A stretch of DNA of 64,000 nucleotides from an uncultured Actinomycetes bacterium. Its GTDB lineage: Bacteria > Actinomycetota > UBA4738 > HRBIN12. Under the pieces are notes generated by a model that was not told the origin of the DNA, did not search any database, and was given only the letters and a program-made list of their open reading frames with translations. The stretch spans positions 22,664 through 86,663 of the forward strand of contig CAVWWK010000003.1 in assembly GCA_963758715.1 (NCBI GenBank). The letters run 5' to 3'. Position 1 is the first letter of the stretch. The number at the start of each line of letters is the position of its first letter. This document shows positions 51,706 through 62,884 of this stretch, piece by piece. A program made the position numbers and the translations under genes.

Positions 51706-53807
51706 TTGAAGACCTACGACGCGAAGGACATCCGCAACGTCCTGTTGGTCGGCCACGGGGGGTCGGGCAAGACGACCCTGCTCGAGGCCATGCTCTACAC
51801 GTCGGGCGCCCTGACCCGGATGGGCACCGTCGAGGACGGCAACACCGTGTCCGACCACGATCCCGACGAGCAGCGCAAGGGGATCTCGGTGTCGCTCGCG
51901 ATGGCGCCGGTCGAATGGAACGGCACGAAGATCAACGTGCTCGACGCGCCGGGCTACGCCGACTTCATCGGCGACGTGCGCTCGGCGATCAGGGCGGTCG
52001 ACGCGGTGATCGTGGTCGTCTCGGCCGTCGACGGCGTCGAGGTGCAGACCGAGGCGGCGTGGGAGCTGGCGGTCGAGGAGGGGCTGCCTCGCGCGATCTT
52101 CGTCAACAAGCTCGACCGCGAGCGCGCAGACTTCCAGGGCACGCTCGACCAGCTGGTCTCGGCGTTCGGCAATCAGGTCGCCCCGTTCGAGCTTCCGATC
52201 GGCCAGGAGCACGAGTTCGAAGGAGTCGCGGACCTGCTGCACGAGAAGGCCGATCGCTACCCGAACGGGCCCAAGGCAGAGGAATCGGAGTGGCCCGACG
52301 ATCTCCACGCGCTGGCCGACCCCGCGCGCGAGAAGCTGATCGAGGCGGTCGCCGAGTCCGACGACGCGCTGATCGAGGAGTACCTCGAACAGGGGACGCT
52401 CCCCGAGGAGCACATCGTGTCGGGCGCCAAGGACGGCTTCGCGCGAGCCCGGCTCGCGCCGGTGATCGTGGGATCGGCCGCGAAGGCGATCGGGCATCGA
52501 CAGGTTGCTCGACTTCATCGTCGAGGAGTTCCCCTCCCCGGTCGAGCGCGGCGCCGTGACGGTGATCGGGAACGACGGGAAGGAAACCGAGCTCGCCTGC
52601 GACCCGAAAGGCCCGCACGACCGCGTTCGTCTTCAAGACGGTCTCGGATCCGTTCGTCGGGCACATCACGATGTTCCGGGTGTTCAGCGGCACGGTCCGG
52701 CCGGACTCGACCGTGCACAACACCACCCAGGGCACCGACGAGCGGATCGGGCAGCTGTTCACCCAGCGGGGCAAGGAGCACGAGTCGGTGTCCGAGGTCG
52801 CGGCGGGCGACATCGGGGCCGTCGCGAAGCTCCAGCACGCGCACACCGGGCGACACGCTCGCGACGAAGGACGCACCCGTGCACGCTGCAACCGCTGGAC
52901 CTCCCGGAGCCACTGCTCGCCTACGCCATCGCGCCCGAAGACCAAGGGCGAGGAGGACAAGCTCGCGACCGGGCTGTCGCGCCTGCGCGAGGAAGACCCG
53001 ACGTTGCGCGTCACCCGCAACGAAGAGACGCACGAGACCGTGATGCACGGGATGGGCGAGGCGCACCTCGAGGTCATGATCGAGCGGCTCAAGCGCAAGT
53101 TCGGCGTCGAGGTCGCACACGCAGCCCCGCGAAGATCGCCTTCCGGGAGACGATCGCGCGGCAAGGCAAAGGCGACCGGGCGCCACGTGAAGCAGAGCGG
53201 GGGCCACGGACAGTACGCGGTGTGCATGATCGAGATCGAGCCGCTCCCTCACGGGGAGGGATTCGTCTACGAGAGCAAGATCTTCGGCGGATCGCGATCC
53301 CCCAGCAGTTCATCCCCTCGATCGAGAAGGGCATCGTGAAGACGATGGCCGACGGGCGTCGTCAGCGGGAACCCGATGGTGGACATCAAGGTGACGCTGA
53401 CCGACGGGAAGTTCCACGCGGTCGACTCATCCGACATGGCGTTCCAGATCGCCGGCTCGATCGCGCTGAAGGAGGCCGTGGAGCAGGCGGGCGTCGCGCT
53501 GCTCGAGCCGGTCGTCGACCTCGAGGTCGTCGTGCCCGAGTCCTACACGGGCGACGTCATGGGCGACCTGAACTCCAAGCGCGGCAAGATCGCAGGCATG
53601 GAGCAGATCGGCGGCGGCAAGCAGCGGATCAAGGCGCAGGTGCCACAGGCCGAGGTCGCCCGCTACGTGATCGACCTGCGGTCGATGACCGGCGGGCGAG
53701 GCGCGTTCTCGATGACGTTCAGCCACTACGAGGAGATCCCGCAGCATCTCGCGCAGAAGGTGATCGAGGACTACCAGCGGGCCCGCGAGGAAGCACACAA
53801 GCGGTAG
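51706..53807 (+). CDS. elongation factor G-like protein (EF-G2/FusA2 family), frame-disrupted
   Basis: TTG start after GAAGGAG. NVLLVGHGGSGKTTLLEAML (G1), DAPGYADF (G3), NKLD (G4) in ORF 51706..53043. Continues in ORFs 52505.., 52671.. and 53376..53807 (domain IV/V: GKFHAVDSSDMAFQIAG, GDVMGDLNSKRG). Resembles mycobacterial FusA2 as recalled. Confidence 0.85.
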
Positions 53808-53833
53808 CGGATCGCGTGGCAGCCTCGGGCGCG

Positions 53834-54647
53834 CTACGCGAGCCCGGTCAACGAGCGGAAGCGACCGCAGCGTCGAACGCCTGCGGGCTCCGCAGGTTCA
53901 CCACATGGTCGGCGCTCGATCGTGACCGAGCGGCCGTCCAGCACCTCACGGGCGATGAGCTCGCCGAGCCCGGATCATGCTCCGGCGGGTCGTGCCGCGG
54001 CGATCATGACCAGCGTCGGAACGTCGATCTCGCCGAGCCGGCAGCGCGGCCGGTGGCTCCAGCTCCTCTTCGCCGCTCTCGTCCATCGTGACCTCGTGGA
54101 TGTTGTCGAAAGCGATCTCGCGGATCCTGCGGCCCGCCTCGTCGTCGGTCCCGAGCGGCGCCCACGAGGCGCGAGAGCCGCATCGTCTTGTGCACGCTCG
54201 AGCTCGCCCGCCTCGATCGCCGCCTCGATCGGCGCCTCGCGGTCCTCCCACCACGCGATCCTCCTCCTCGGTGGACTCGAACCCGCCGAGCGCGGGCGCG
54301 GCCGAGCACGAGCGCCGACACCCGCTCGGGGAAGCTGAGCGTGAAGTCGATCGCGATCGCCCCTCCCATGGAGCACCCCACCAGCGCGGTCCGCTCGATC
54401 TCCAGGGCTTCGAGCAACGTCGCGAGATCGCGCACATGGGAGTACGGCTCCCCGGTCAGCCGGCTCGAACGTCCGTAGCCGCGAAGGTCGTAACGGAGCA
54501 CGCGGAACCGATCGCTCCACGACGGCGAACTGCGCGATCCCAGGTGCGGGAGTCCCAGAGGCCGGGGTGCAGCATCGTGAGCGCCGGGCCCTGCCCCGCG
54601 ATCTCGTAGTGAAGCTCGCCGCCCGGCACCGTCGACCGAAGCGCCAC
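53834..54647 (-). CDS. alpha/beta-fold hydrolase (frame-disrupted)
   Basis: [27 protein letters not shown] (ORF 54456..54647). [25 protein letters not shown] nucleophile elbow (ORF 54004..54882). IDVPTLV. The C-terminus was read by hand to TAG 53834-36. Convergent with the EF-G2 gene. Confidence 0.75.
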
Positions 54648-54659
54648 CGCCGGACCCCG

Positions 54660-55153
54660 TCACGAGTCGAACCTCGGCGCGAGCCTCCGCGCGGTGTCGG
54701 CGAGCAGCTCGGGCAGCACGCGCGTCTCCCCCACCACCGGCATGAAGTTCGTGTCCCCGTTCCAGCGCGGGACGACGTGCCAGTGCAGGTGGTCGGGGAT
54801 GCCCGCGCCCGGCGCCCGGTCCCAGGTTCATCCCGATGTTGAACCCGTGAGGCTCCGACTCGTCGCGCAGCGCTGCCGACACCGCGCTTGATCAGGGCCT
54901 GGAGCGCTCGACGTTCTCGTCGGGGGTGAGGTCCTCGACGTCGCCGACGTGCCGGAGGGGCACGACCAGGAGGTGACCGGGGTTGTAGGGGAACCTGTTC
55001 AGGACGACGTACGCCAGGTCGTCGCGGACCATGCACCCGCTCGGGCTCGCGTTCCGGGACGACGCAGAAGACGCACGCTCCGTCATCGTTCTGACGTTCG
55101 TCCGGGACGATCTGCATGTACTCCATCCGCCACGGGCTCCAGAGGTGGTCCAC
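54660..55153 (-). CDS. HIT family protein (frame-disrupted)
   Basis: GTG 55153 lies after the thrS stop. [37 protein letters not shown]. The histidine triad [14 protein letters not shown] was read by hand across breaks. Confidence 0.8.
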
Positions 55154-55154
55154 T

Positions 55155-57130
55155 TCAGGCGGCCCCGAAGTCGGTCTGCTCGATCGAGCGCGTGACCGCT
55201 TCCTCGGCGAGGGCGGCCACCATCGTGTCGAAGCGTCACGCCCCGATGCTCGTTGCCGGCCCGGTCGCGGACCGTGTACGTGCCCGACTCCAGCTCCCGG
55301 TCGCCCACGACCACGGTGTAGGGCGCCTTCATCAGCTGCGCGGCCCGGATCTTCTTGCCCACCGACTCGTTGGAGTCGTCGACCACCGCGCGCAGGCCCG
55401 GCCTCCCGCGCCTTCGCGGCGAGCTCCTCGCAGCGTTCGACGTGCCGGTCGGCCACGGGCACGAACCGCACCTGCTCGGGAGCGAGCCACAGGGGGAACG
55501 CACCGGCGTAGTGCTCGGTGAGCACGGCGAAGAACCGCTCGATCGAGCCGAACAGCGCGCGGTGGATCATGACGGGCCGGTGCCGCTCGTTGTCGTCGCC
55601 GGTGTAATGCAGGTCGAATCGCTGCGGGAACTGGAAGTCGAGCTGGATCGTGGACATCTGCCAGGTTCGGCCGATCGCGTCCCGTGCCTGCACGCTGATC
55701 TTCGGCCCGTAGAAGGCGCCGCCGCCCTCGTCCATCACGAGCGGCACGTCCATGGACCCGGCGGCCGATCGCGAGCGCCTCGGTCGCCTCCTCCCACTCC
55801 TCGGCCGATCCCACGGCCTTGCCCTCGGGCATCGTCGACAGCTCCATGTAGAAGTCGTCGAGCCCGTAGTCGCGGAGCAGGTCCAGCACGAACACGAGCA
55901 GCGATCGCAGCTCCTCGCCCATCTGCTCCTTGGTCACGAAGATGTGCGCGTCGTCCATCGTGAGCCCGCGCACGCGGGTGAGGCCGTGGACCACGCCCGA
56001 CTTCTCGTAGCGGTACACGGTGCCGAACTCGAACAGCCGCAGCGGCAGCTCCCGGTAGCTCCGGGTCCGGCTCCGGTAGATCAGGATGTGCATCGGGCAG
56101 TTCATGGGCTTCAGGTAGTACTCGGTGCCCCCGTCGAGCTCCATCGGAGGGAACATGCCGTCGGCGAACCACGTCCAGGTGGCCGCTGGTCTCGAACAGG
56201 TCGGCCTTCGTGATGTGCGGCGAGTTCACGAACTCGTACCCGCCCTCCTCGTGCCGCTGCCGCGAGTAGTCCTCCATGAGCCGGCGGATCAGACCGCCCT
56301 TCGGGTGGAACACGGCGAGCCCCGAGCCGATCTCCTCCGGGAACGAGAACAGGTCGAGGTCGGCGCCCAGCTTGCGGTGGTCGCGTCGCTCCGCTTCCTC
56401 GAGGCGGTGCAGGTACGCGTCCAGGTCGTCCTGGGTCGCCCAGGCGGTGCCGTAGATCCGCGTGAGCTGCGGGTTCGCCTCGTCGCCCCGCCAGTACGCG
56501 CCCGCGACGTTGGTGAGCTTGAAGGCGCCGAGCGTGCCCGTGTGCGGCACGTGCGGGCCCATGCACAGGTCGGTCCACTCCTCGTTGCGGTACAGGCTCA
56601 CGGTGTCGCCCGGCCGCTCGGCCTCGACGGTCATCCTCGTTCTCGATGCCCGCGATGATCTCGAGCTTGTACGGCTGGTCGGCCAAGCGCGTTCGGACGC
56701 CTCGGCGCGGGAGACCTCCTCGCGGATGAACGGCTGGTTCTGCTTCACGATCTGGCGCATCCGCCGGTCGATCTTCGACGAGGTCGGCCGCGCCGAACGT
56801 GCTCGGGGAGGTCGAAGTCGTAGTAGAAGCCGTCGTCGATCGCGGGGCCGATCGCGTACTTGGCGCCCGGGTACAGAGTCGCAGACCGCCTGCGCGAGCA
56901 CGTGCGCGGTGGAGTGACGCAGCACGTGGAGCCCGTCGTCGGAGCGGCGATCGACCGGCTCGACGCCCGCGTCGGCCTCCGGCACGAACGACAGGTCGCG
57001 CAGCTCGCCGTCCACGCGCGCCGCGACCGTCCCCTTGGGCAGCACGGCGCCGACGGGCTCACCCTCGGGGAGCTCGACGGTGCTGCCGTCGGGCAAGGGT
57101 CACGGTGGGCATGGCGGCCATGATAGCGAC
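55155..57130 (-). CDS. thrS: threonine--tRNA ligase (frame-disrupted)
   Basis: TGS N-terminus [17 protein letters not shown] (break at about 57105). [11 protein letters not shown]. Class II core [11 protein letters not shown].., [28 protein letters not shown] (ORF 55332..56156). Anticodon-binding end [20 protein letters not shown]. Confidence 0.9.
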
Positions 57131-57159
57131 CGATGCCCCGACGGCTCCCGAACCGGCCG

Positions 57160-59733
57160 CTACTCGTACGAGATGGCCTCGAGCACGTCGAGCTTGGCCG
57201 CGCGGCGTGCGGGGCAGATCGCGGTCACGACGCCCGCCAGCCCCGCGCCGATCACGAAGAAGACCAGCGTGCCCGACCGGCAGGCGGAACTCGGTCACGC
57301 CCTCGGGGGCGAGCGCCTGCTGCAGGGCCCAGCCGAAGAGGACCCCGATCACCACGCCGAACAGCGCGCCGAGGACCGCGATGATCACCGATTCCCAGCG
57401 GATCATCCGCTTGACCTGCCTGCGGCCCATGCCGACCGCGCGCAGCAGGCCCAGCTCCCGCGTGCGTTCGAAGATCGACAGGCCGAGCGTGTTGGCGATG
57501 CCGACGAGCGCGATGATCACGGCCAGGAACAGCAGCACCGTCACGATCGCGAGCACCTGGTTCACGGCGGCCGCCTGCTGCTCGCGATAGCGTGTTCTGG
57601 TCCTGCACCTGGACGTTGCCGAAGTCCCGCACCGCCTCCTCGACACCGGCCTGAACCGTGGCGACGTCGGCGCCCTGCTCGACCTTGACGAAGACGATGC
57701 TGTCGAGGGACTGCTGGGTCACGCGATCGAAGGCGTCCAGCGACACCACGTAGTCGCCCTGCACCAGGCCGTTCTCCTCGAAGGTGCCCCCGATCGTGAG
57801 CGGCTCTCGCCGATCGTCGCGAACGCCGATGGGATCGTGTCCGCCCACCGTCCACCCGTTGTCCTCGAGGGTCGGGTCGCGTACACCAGGACCTCGTCGC
57901 GATCGAGTGACTCGAGGCCGCCGTCGCTGATCCCGAGACCCGCCACCTGATCGATGGTTGCCGGGTCGACCCCCGCGAGGATGGAGTCGCTGCCGTTCAC
58001 GCGGAACCCGGTGAGGCGAAGCGGGGACACCACCTCGACACCGGGCACCTGCCTCGTGAGCTCGGCGACGTGCTGGCTGAACGGGACGAACGACGAGGTC
58101 CCCAGCGTGAGATCTGCCTTCAGCGTCTCGGTCAAGGTCTTGTCGACCGACGCGCGCAGCGATGCGGACAGCACCGTCACCATCACGATGAGTCCCAGCC
58201 CGATCATCAGCGCCGACGCGGTCGACGCCGTGCGGCGCGGGTTCCGCATCGCGTTCTCGCGACCCAGCCTCGCCGACATGCTCATGCCCGGATCGGACGC
58301 CCGATCGCGCCGGCCAGCGGCCCGCGAGGCGAGCGGCGACAGGATCGCGACGCCGATGAACACCACCGCGGCGCCGGCGCCGATCAACGATCCCGCGTTG
58401 GACGGGGCGCCGAACAGGCCGTAGAGGAGGGCGGCCAGCCCGAGCGGCCATGACGACGACGCCCACGAGCGCCTCGCCGCCTCTCCGCGCCCGGTGCCGT
58501 CGATCCTGCAGATTCGCGCATCGCCTCGACCGGCGCGACCCGCGCCGCATGGCGCGCCGGGGATCACCGAGGCGCACCGTCGTCACGATCGACGCCCACG
58601 ACGAGCCCCACGACGATCGTTCGCGGCTTGGAGCTGGGTCGAGGTGCTCGGGAGGTCGATGCCGACCGCGGACAGCAGCGCCTTGAGGCCGATCGCGATC
58701 CCGATGCCCGCGAGGATGCCGATCACCGACGCGACGATGCCCACGATGAGCGCCTCGCTCACGACCGACGTCATCACCTGCCGGCGGCTCGCGCCGAGCG
58801 CCCGGAGCAGCGCGAGCTCACGCGAGCGCTGCGCCACGATGATCGAGAACGTGTTGAAGATGATGAACGCGCCGACGAACAGCGCGATCGCCGCGAACAC
58901 CAGCAGGAAGGTCTGGAAGAAGCTCAGGCCCTCCTTCAGCGCGTCGGACTGCTCCTCGGCGACCGACGAGCTCGTGAGCGCCTCGACCTCGCGCGGCAGC
59001 TCCGGCTGGATGCGCGTCCCGGAGCGTCTCGGGCTCGACCCCCTCGTCCGCGATGACCGAGATCGAATCGAACACGCCCTCCTTGCCGAGGACCCGCTGC
59101 GCGGTGGCGCGTGTCGAAGAGCGCGAGCGTGGCGCCGGCGAGGTTGTCGGCGTCCCCGAACCCCGCGATGCCGGTGATCGTGAACTCCCGGGGAGCCTGC
59201 TCACCGAACAGGATCGTGATGTCTTGACCCGACCCGCAGGCCGGTATCGCTCGCGCCGTGCCGGCATCGACGACCACCTCGTCCGCGCCCGCCGGGGGCT
59301 CGCCTTCACGCATGACCAGGCTCGGGTTCGTGTCGGTCCAGTTCGTGCCGATCGTGGGGGGGCCGACGCCGCCGATCGGGTCGCCGGTGGCCGGATCCAT
59401 CATCTGGGCGTAGCCCGCGACGTCACCGCTCGCCGAGGCGACGCCCGGCACCTGCTGGACGTACCGAGAGCAGATCCTCGGGAACCGGTTCACGCTCCTC
59501 GCCGCCGCCTCCGCCGGGCCCGGTCGCCGGTCGGCGACGAACGCCTGCTCGGACCGCACGATCACGTCGCTGCCCGACGCCGCCGTTGCGAACAGCTCGT
59601 CGAACGCCTTGTTCATCGTGTCGGTCAGCACGAACGTTCCCGCCACGAACCCGACGCCGAGCACGATGGAGACGACGGTCAGGAGCAGCCTGACCTTGCG
59701 CGCGAGGAGGCTCTTGAGCGTGGCCCGGAACAC
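57160..59733 (-). CDS. ABC transporter permease with two FtsX domains (MacB-like, about 857 aa), heavily frame-disrupted
   Basis: MFRATLKSLLARKVRLLLTVVSIVLGVGFVAG (ORF 58936..59733). First FtsX block IFNTFSIIVAQRSRELALLRALGASRRQV (58583..58900). Second block LGLSIFERTRELGLLRAVGMGRRQV (57059..57646). TAG at 57160. Confidence 0.82.
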
Positions 59734-59739
59734 GGTGGG

Positions 59740-60493
59740 CTCAGGCCTCCAAGAGCTTCAGGCGGTCGAGGACGCGCGCCGGCGGTGGGCTCGCGCATCT
59801 CGTCGACGATGTCGCCGTCGGCCAGGAAGACGACCCGGTCGGCGTAGCCCGCGGCGCCGGCGTCGTGGGTGACCATCACGATCGTCTGCCCGTAGGTCGT
59901 CACCGCCTCCCTGAGGAAGCCGAGGAGCTCCGCGCCCGACCGCGAGTCGAGGTTGCCGGTCGGCTCGTCGGCGAAGACGATCGCGGGCCGGCTGACCAGC
60001 GCCCGAGCGCCGGCGACCCGCTGCTGCTGACCTCCGGAGAGCTCGGCCGGCCGGTGTCTCAGCCGATCCCGCAGCCCGATCGTGTCCACCACCTGGTCGA
60101 ACCACGCCCCGTCGACGTCGCGGCCCGCGATGTCGAGCGGCAGGGTGATGTTCTCGCGCGGCGGTGAGCGTGGGGATGAGGTTGAACGCCTGGAACACGA
60201 ACCCCACCTCGATCTCGGCGCAACTCGGTGAGGGCCCGCTCGTTGAGCGTGGTGAGATCGACGTCGCCGATGAGCACGCTGCCCGACGTCGGCGCGTCGA
60301 GTCCCGCCATGCAGTGCAGGAGCGTCGACTTCCCGGACCCGGACGGTCCCATGATCGCGGTGAACTCTGCCTCGGCGAACTCGACCGACACGCCCCGCAA
60401 GGCTTCGACGGCGGCGTCGCCCCGGCCGTAGATCTTGACCAGGTCGACCGCTCGTGCGGCGACGGTCGTCGTCGGCGGCGCGGGCATGGACAT
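59740..60493 (-). CDS. ABC transporter ATP-binding protein (MacB/LolD-type), frame-disrupted
   Basis: AGGAGG then ATG 60493. Walker A GPSGSGKSTLL (ORF 60059..60493). Signature LSGGQQQRVAGARAL and Walker B IVFADEPTGNLD (ORF 59679..60578). Confidence 0.88.
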
Positions 60494-60618
60494 GTGGCTC
60501 CTCCTGCTCGGGTGCGGGACGCGGTGGGGCGAAACGACACCCTACCGAACAAGCCCGGACATGCCGTCGGCGCAGCACGAACGAGACGGGGAGGGAGGAG
60601 AAGGCCGATCGGGAGGGT

Positions 60619-60753
60619 TCAGGCCGCGCGCCGGGCGCGTGGGCGCGGGCGACGCGGACGCGGGATCTCCTTGGCCTCCATGTTCATCGTGGCTCCCCAG
60701 GCGACGGTGATGACCAAGAGCGCCACGACCGCGATCACGAACGCGATCACCAT
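60619..60753 (-). CDS. possible 44-aa membrane peptide (not in ORF track)
   Basis: Hand translation: MVIAFVIAVVALLVITVAWGATMNMEAKEIPRPRRPRPRARRAA. One hydrophobic helix plus an Arg-rich tail. G/C at nearly all third positions. No clear Shine-Dalgarno. 125 nt upstream of the ABC ATPase gene. Confidence 0.3.
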   Translation of the reverse strand: MVIAFVIAVVALLVITVAWGATMNMEAKEIPRPRRPRPRARRAA

Positions 60754-60902
60754 CGCGAAATCGTTTCACAGCCTTGGGCCGTTCCCAACAACCGGACGGA
60801 CCATTTCCCGATTAGGTCGTTCGGGGGACGCAGTCGTCGGCCGTGCGTGGAGCCTGGCTAGTCCGACGGTGGACTCGCGGCGCGCCTCCGGCGGCGGTCC
60901 GG

Positions 60903-60977
60903 TGGTGGGCGCGGCAGGTTTTGAACCTGCGACCTCTCGCGTGTGAGGCGAGCGCTCTCCCACTGAGCTACGCGCCC
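60903..60977 (-). tRNA. tRNA-Val (anticodon CAC), CCA encoded
   Basis: GGGCGCG-TA-GCTC-AGTGGGA-GAGC-G-CTCGC-CTCACAC-GCGAG-AGGTC-GCAGG-TTCAAAA-CCTGC-CGCGCCC-A-CCA. All four stems are fully paired. Confidence 0.92.
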
Positions 60978-61077
60978 GGACGGCAGGAACGATAGCAAGT
61001 TCGCCGGCGAACCTTCATCCGGATCTCGGTCTGGGGCGTGGCCGGCCGCGAGGGCTCACGGAGCGCTGGAGAAAGAT

Positions 61078-61110
61078 GACGGCGGCACGTGCCCGCGTCG
61101 TGCCGCCGTC
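61078..61110 (-). terminator. strong hairpin downstream of the MFS gene
   Basis: Perfect 12-bp inverted repeat GACGGCGGCACG / CGTGCCGCCGTC with a 9-nt loop. On the minus strand it is followed by ATCTTTCTCC. About 95 nt after the MFS stop. Confidence 0.6.
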
Positions 61111-61205
61111 GGCCCGGGCCGGAGCCCGGACATCTCACCCGGCGCAGTGTGGCACGGTGACACGACAACTGCAAGGTTGCGCAGCCACGCAAGATGCCGG
61201 AATGC

Positions 61206-62531
61206 TCATCCTGAGTTGCGAGAATCTAACTCCGTCATCGCTGCGGGCGCGTGGGCCTCGGTTTCGGCAAGCCCGAGGCTCCCGTCGCGCTCGGGCTCGC
61301 GCGCTCCTGGCAGGAGCATGAAGAGCAACGTGACGCTGCCGCCGGCGAGTCCGGCCAGGACTAGCGTTGCGTCCGCGCCGATCGCCTCGGCGAGCGGGCC
61401 GACCGCAGCGAAGGAAAGCGGCACACCCGCGATGGTGATCATCCAGTCCAGGCTGGAGATCCGACCGAGGAGGCTCGAGGGCACGAGCCGCTGGAGCACG
61501 GTGTACCAGATCACGACCAGCACTGCGATCGAGCCTTCGGTGACGAAGCCCGCGATCATCGCCTGCCAGAGCTCCGTGACGATCCCGAACAGGGAGGTCC
61601 CGAACATCGCGACCGCCCACGACACGTAGAGCACGGTCATGGCCCGCCTCGGCAGGCGGCCTCGCTGCCCCAGGGTGAGCGCGACCGAGACCGCCCCGAC
61701 CCCGCCCGAGGCGTAGATCAGGCCCAGCGCGAGGGCGCCACCACCCAGGTCGTTCCGCACGACGAACGGCATCAGGGTCTCCCACGGCCCCCACACTGCG
61801 AACAGGCTGAGGACCGAGGCGACCATCGTGATGAAGAGCCAGCGCGTCCGGCGCACGAACCGGAGCCCTTCGACGGCATCGACCCACAGCGACGCGTGCC
61901 CTTCGGCGGGTTCGCCGTCACGCCGCGTGCGGATCATCGTGATCAGGACCACCGACCAGAGGAACGTGCCGGCGTCGGCGACGAAGGCCCATCCGGGACC
62001 GAGCACGCCGACGAGGATGCCCCCGAGCGCGGGACCGACGACCATCAGGGCGAACGGTCGGACGAACTGGTCCACGGAGTTGGCCTGCACCAGGAACGGC
62101 TCAGGCACGATGTCTGGCACGATCGACTGGAAGGCAGGCTGGAAGACGGCCTGCCCGGCGCCGAACACCACCACCAGCGCGACGAGGATCGGGATCGTGA
62201 GGTGCCCCGTGATCGACAGTGCTCCGACCGTCGCCATCGAGGCGGCGCGGATCAGGTCGCCGGCGATCATCAGGCGGCGCCGGTCGATCCGATCCGCGAG
62301 CACGCCGGAGAACACGAGCAACAGCACCTGCGGCAGGCTCCATGCGAGCCCAACCATCGCTAGGGAGGACGGCCGATTCGACAGGTCGTAGACCTGAGTG
62401 GCGACGGCCACGTAGTAGAAGCCATCGCCGACCATGGAGACGAACATGCCGGTCCACAGCAGACGGAAGTCCCTGATGCGGAGCGGCCGGACGATGCCGA
62501 GACGGTCGACGAGCGATCGAACGCGGGCCAT
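61206..62531 (-). CDS. MFS transporter (EntS/MFS_3-like)
   Basis: Intact 441 aa: FRLLWTGMFVSMVGDGF, GVLADRIDRRRLM, about 12 hydrophobic segments. Confidence 0.88.
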   Translation of the reverse strand: MARVRSLVDRLGIVRPLRIRDFRLLWTGMFVSMVGDGFYYVAVATQVYDLSNRPSSLAMVGLAWSLPQVLLLVFSGVLADRIDRRRLMIAGDLIRAASMATVGALSITGHLTIPILVALVVVFGAGQAVFQPAFQSIVPDIVPEPFLVQANSVDQFVRPFALMVVGPALGGILVGVLGPGWAFVADAGTFLWSVVLITMIRTRRDGEPAEGHASLWVDAVEGLRFVRRTRWLFITMVASVLSLFAVWGPWETLMPFVVRNDLGGGALALGLIYASGGVGAVSVALTLGQRGRLPRRAMTVLYVSWAVAMFGTSLFGIVTELWQAMIAGFVTEGSIAVLVVIWYTVLQRLVPSSLLGRISSLDWMITIAGVPLSFAAVGPLAEAIGADATLVLAGLAGGSVTLLFMLLPGAREPERDGSLGLAETEAHAPAAMTELDSRNSG

Positions 62532-62576
62532 CGCGCGAGCCTAACGCTCGGCAAGGATCCCCACCGAGCCCGCGTG

Positions 62577-62651
62577 TGGTGGGCGCTAGAGGATTTGAAC
62601 CTCTGACCTCTTCCGTGTCAGGGAAGCGCTCTCCCCCTGAGCTAAGCGCCC
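62577..62651 (-). tRNA. tRNA-Val (anticodon GAC), CCA encoded
   Basis: GGGCGCT-TA-GCTC-AGGGGGA-GAGC-G-CTTCC-CTGACAC-GGAAG-AGGTC-AGAGG-TTCAAAT-CCTCT-AGCGCCC-A-CCA. Canonical cloverleaf. Confidence 0.92.
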
Positions 62652-62675
62652 GTGCCGCGATGCTAACAGCCTTCG

Positions 62676-62746
62676 AGGCGGGGACCGGAATCGAACCGGT
62701 GTGCGAGGCTTTGCAGGCCTCTGCCTAACCACTCGGCCACCCCGCC
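62676..62746 (-). tRNA. tRNA-Cys (anticodon GCA), no encoded CCA
   Basis: GGCGGGG-TG-GCC-GAGTGGTTA-GGC-A-GAGGC-CTGCAAA-GCCTC-GCAC-ACCGG-TTCGATT-CCGGT-CCCCGCC-T. Canonical, with a 3-bp D-stem. Confidence 0.88.
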
Positions 62747-62806
62747 GTTGCGTCGACCCACTCTATCGGGTGACGTGCGAACGGCCGCCCGAAGGCGGCC
62801 GCCTGC

Positions 62807-62879
62807 TGGAGCGGACGACGGGATTCGAACCCGCGACTCCACCCTGGCAAGGTAGGTCGGAGTGTCTCTCCCGTCTCGC
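62807..62879 (-). tRNA. tRNA-Gly(GCC)-like sequence with a non-canonical 5-prime third (fragment, pseudogene or error-damaged gene)
   Basis: The 3-prime 49 nt are canonical: CTACC-TTGCCAG-GGTGG-AGTC-GCGGG-TTCGAAT-CCCGT-CGTCCGC-T-CCA. The 5-prime part GCGAGACG-GGAGAGACACTCCGAC pairs with the acceptor only if one A is removed. It also lacks a normal D-arm (16 nt instead of 19, no GG). Confidence 0.5.
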
Positions 62880-62884
62880 CCCGT

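Noticed and set aside
62807-62879. The tRNA-like 3-prime end as part of a tmRNA
   Set aside because: The 3-prime end reads GCTCCA, not the tmRNA-type ..CTCCACCA acceptor with G-U. An anticodon stem-loop with GCC is present. There is no room for a roughly 350-nt tmRNA body before the next features.
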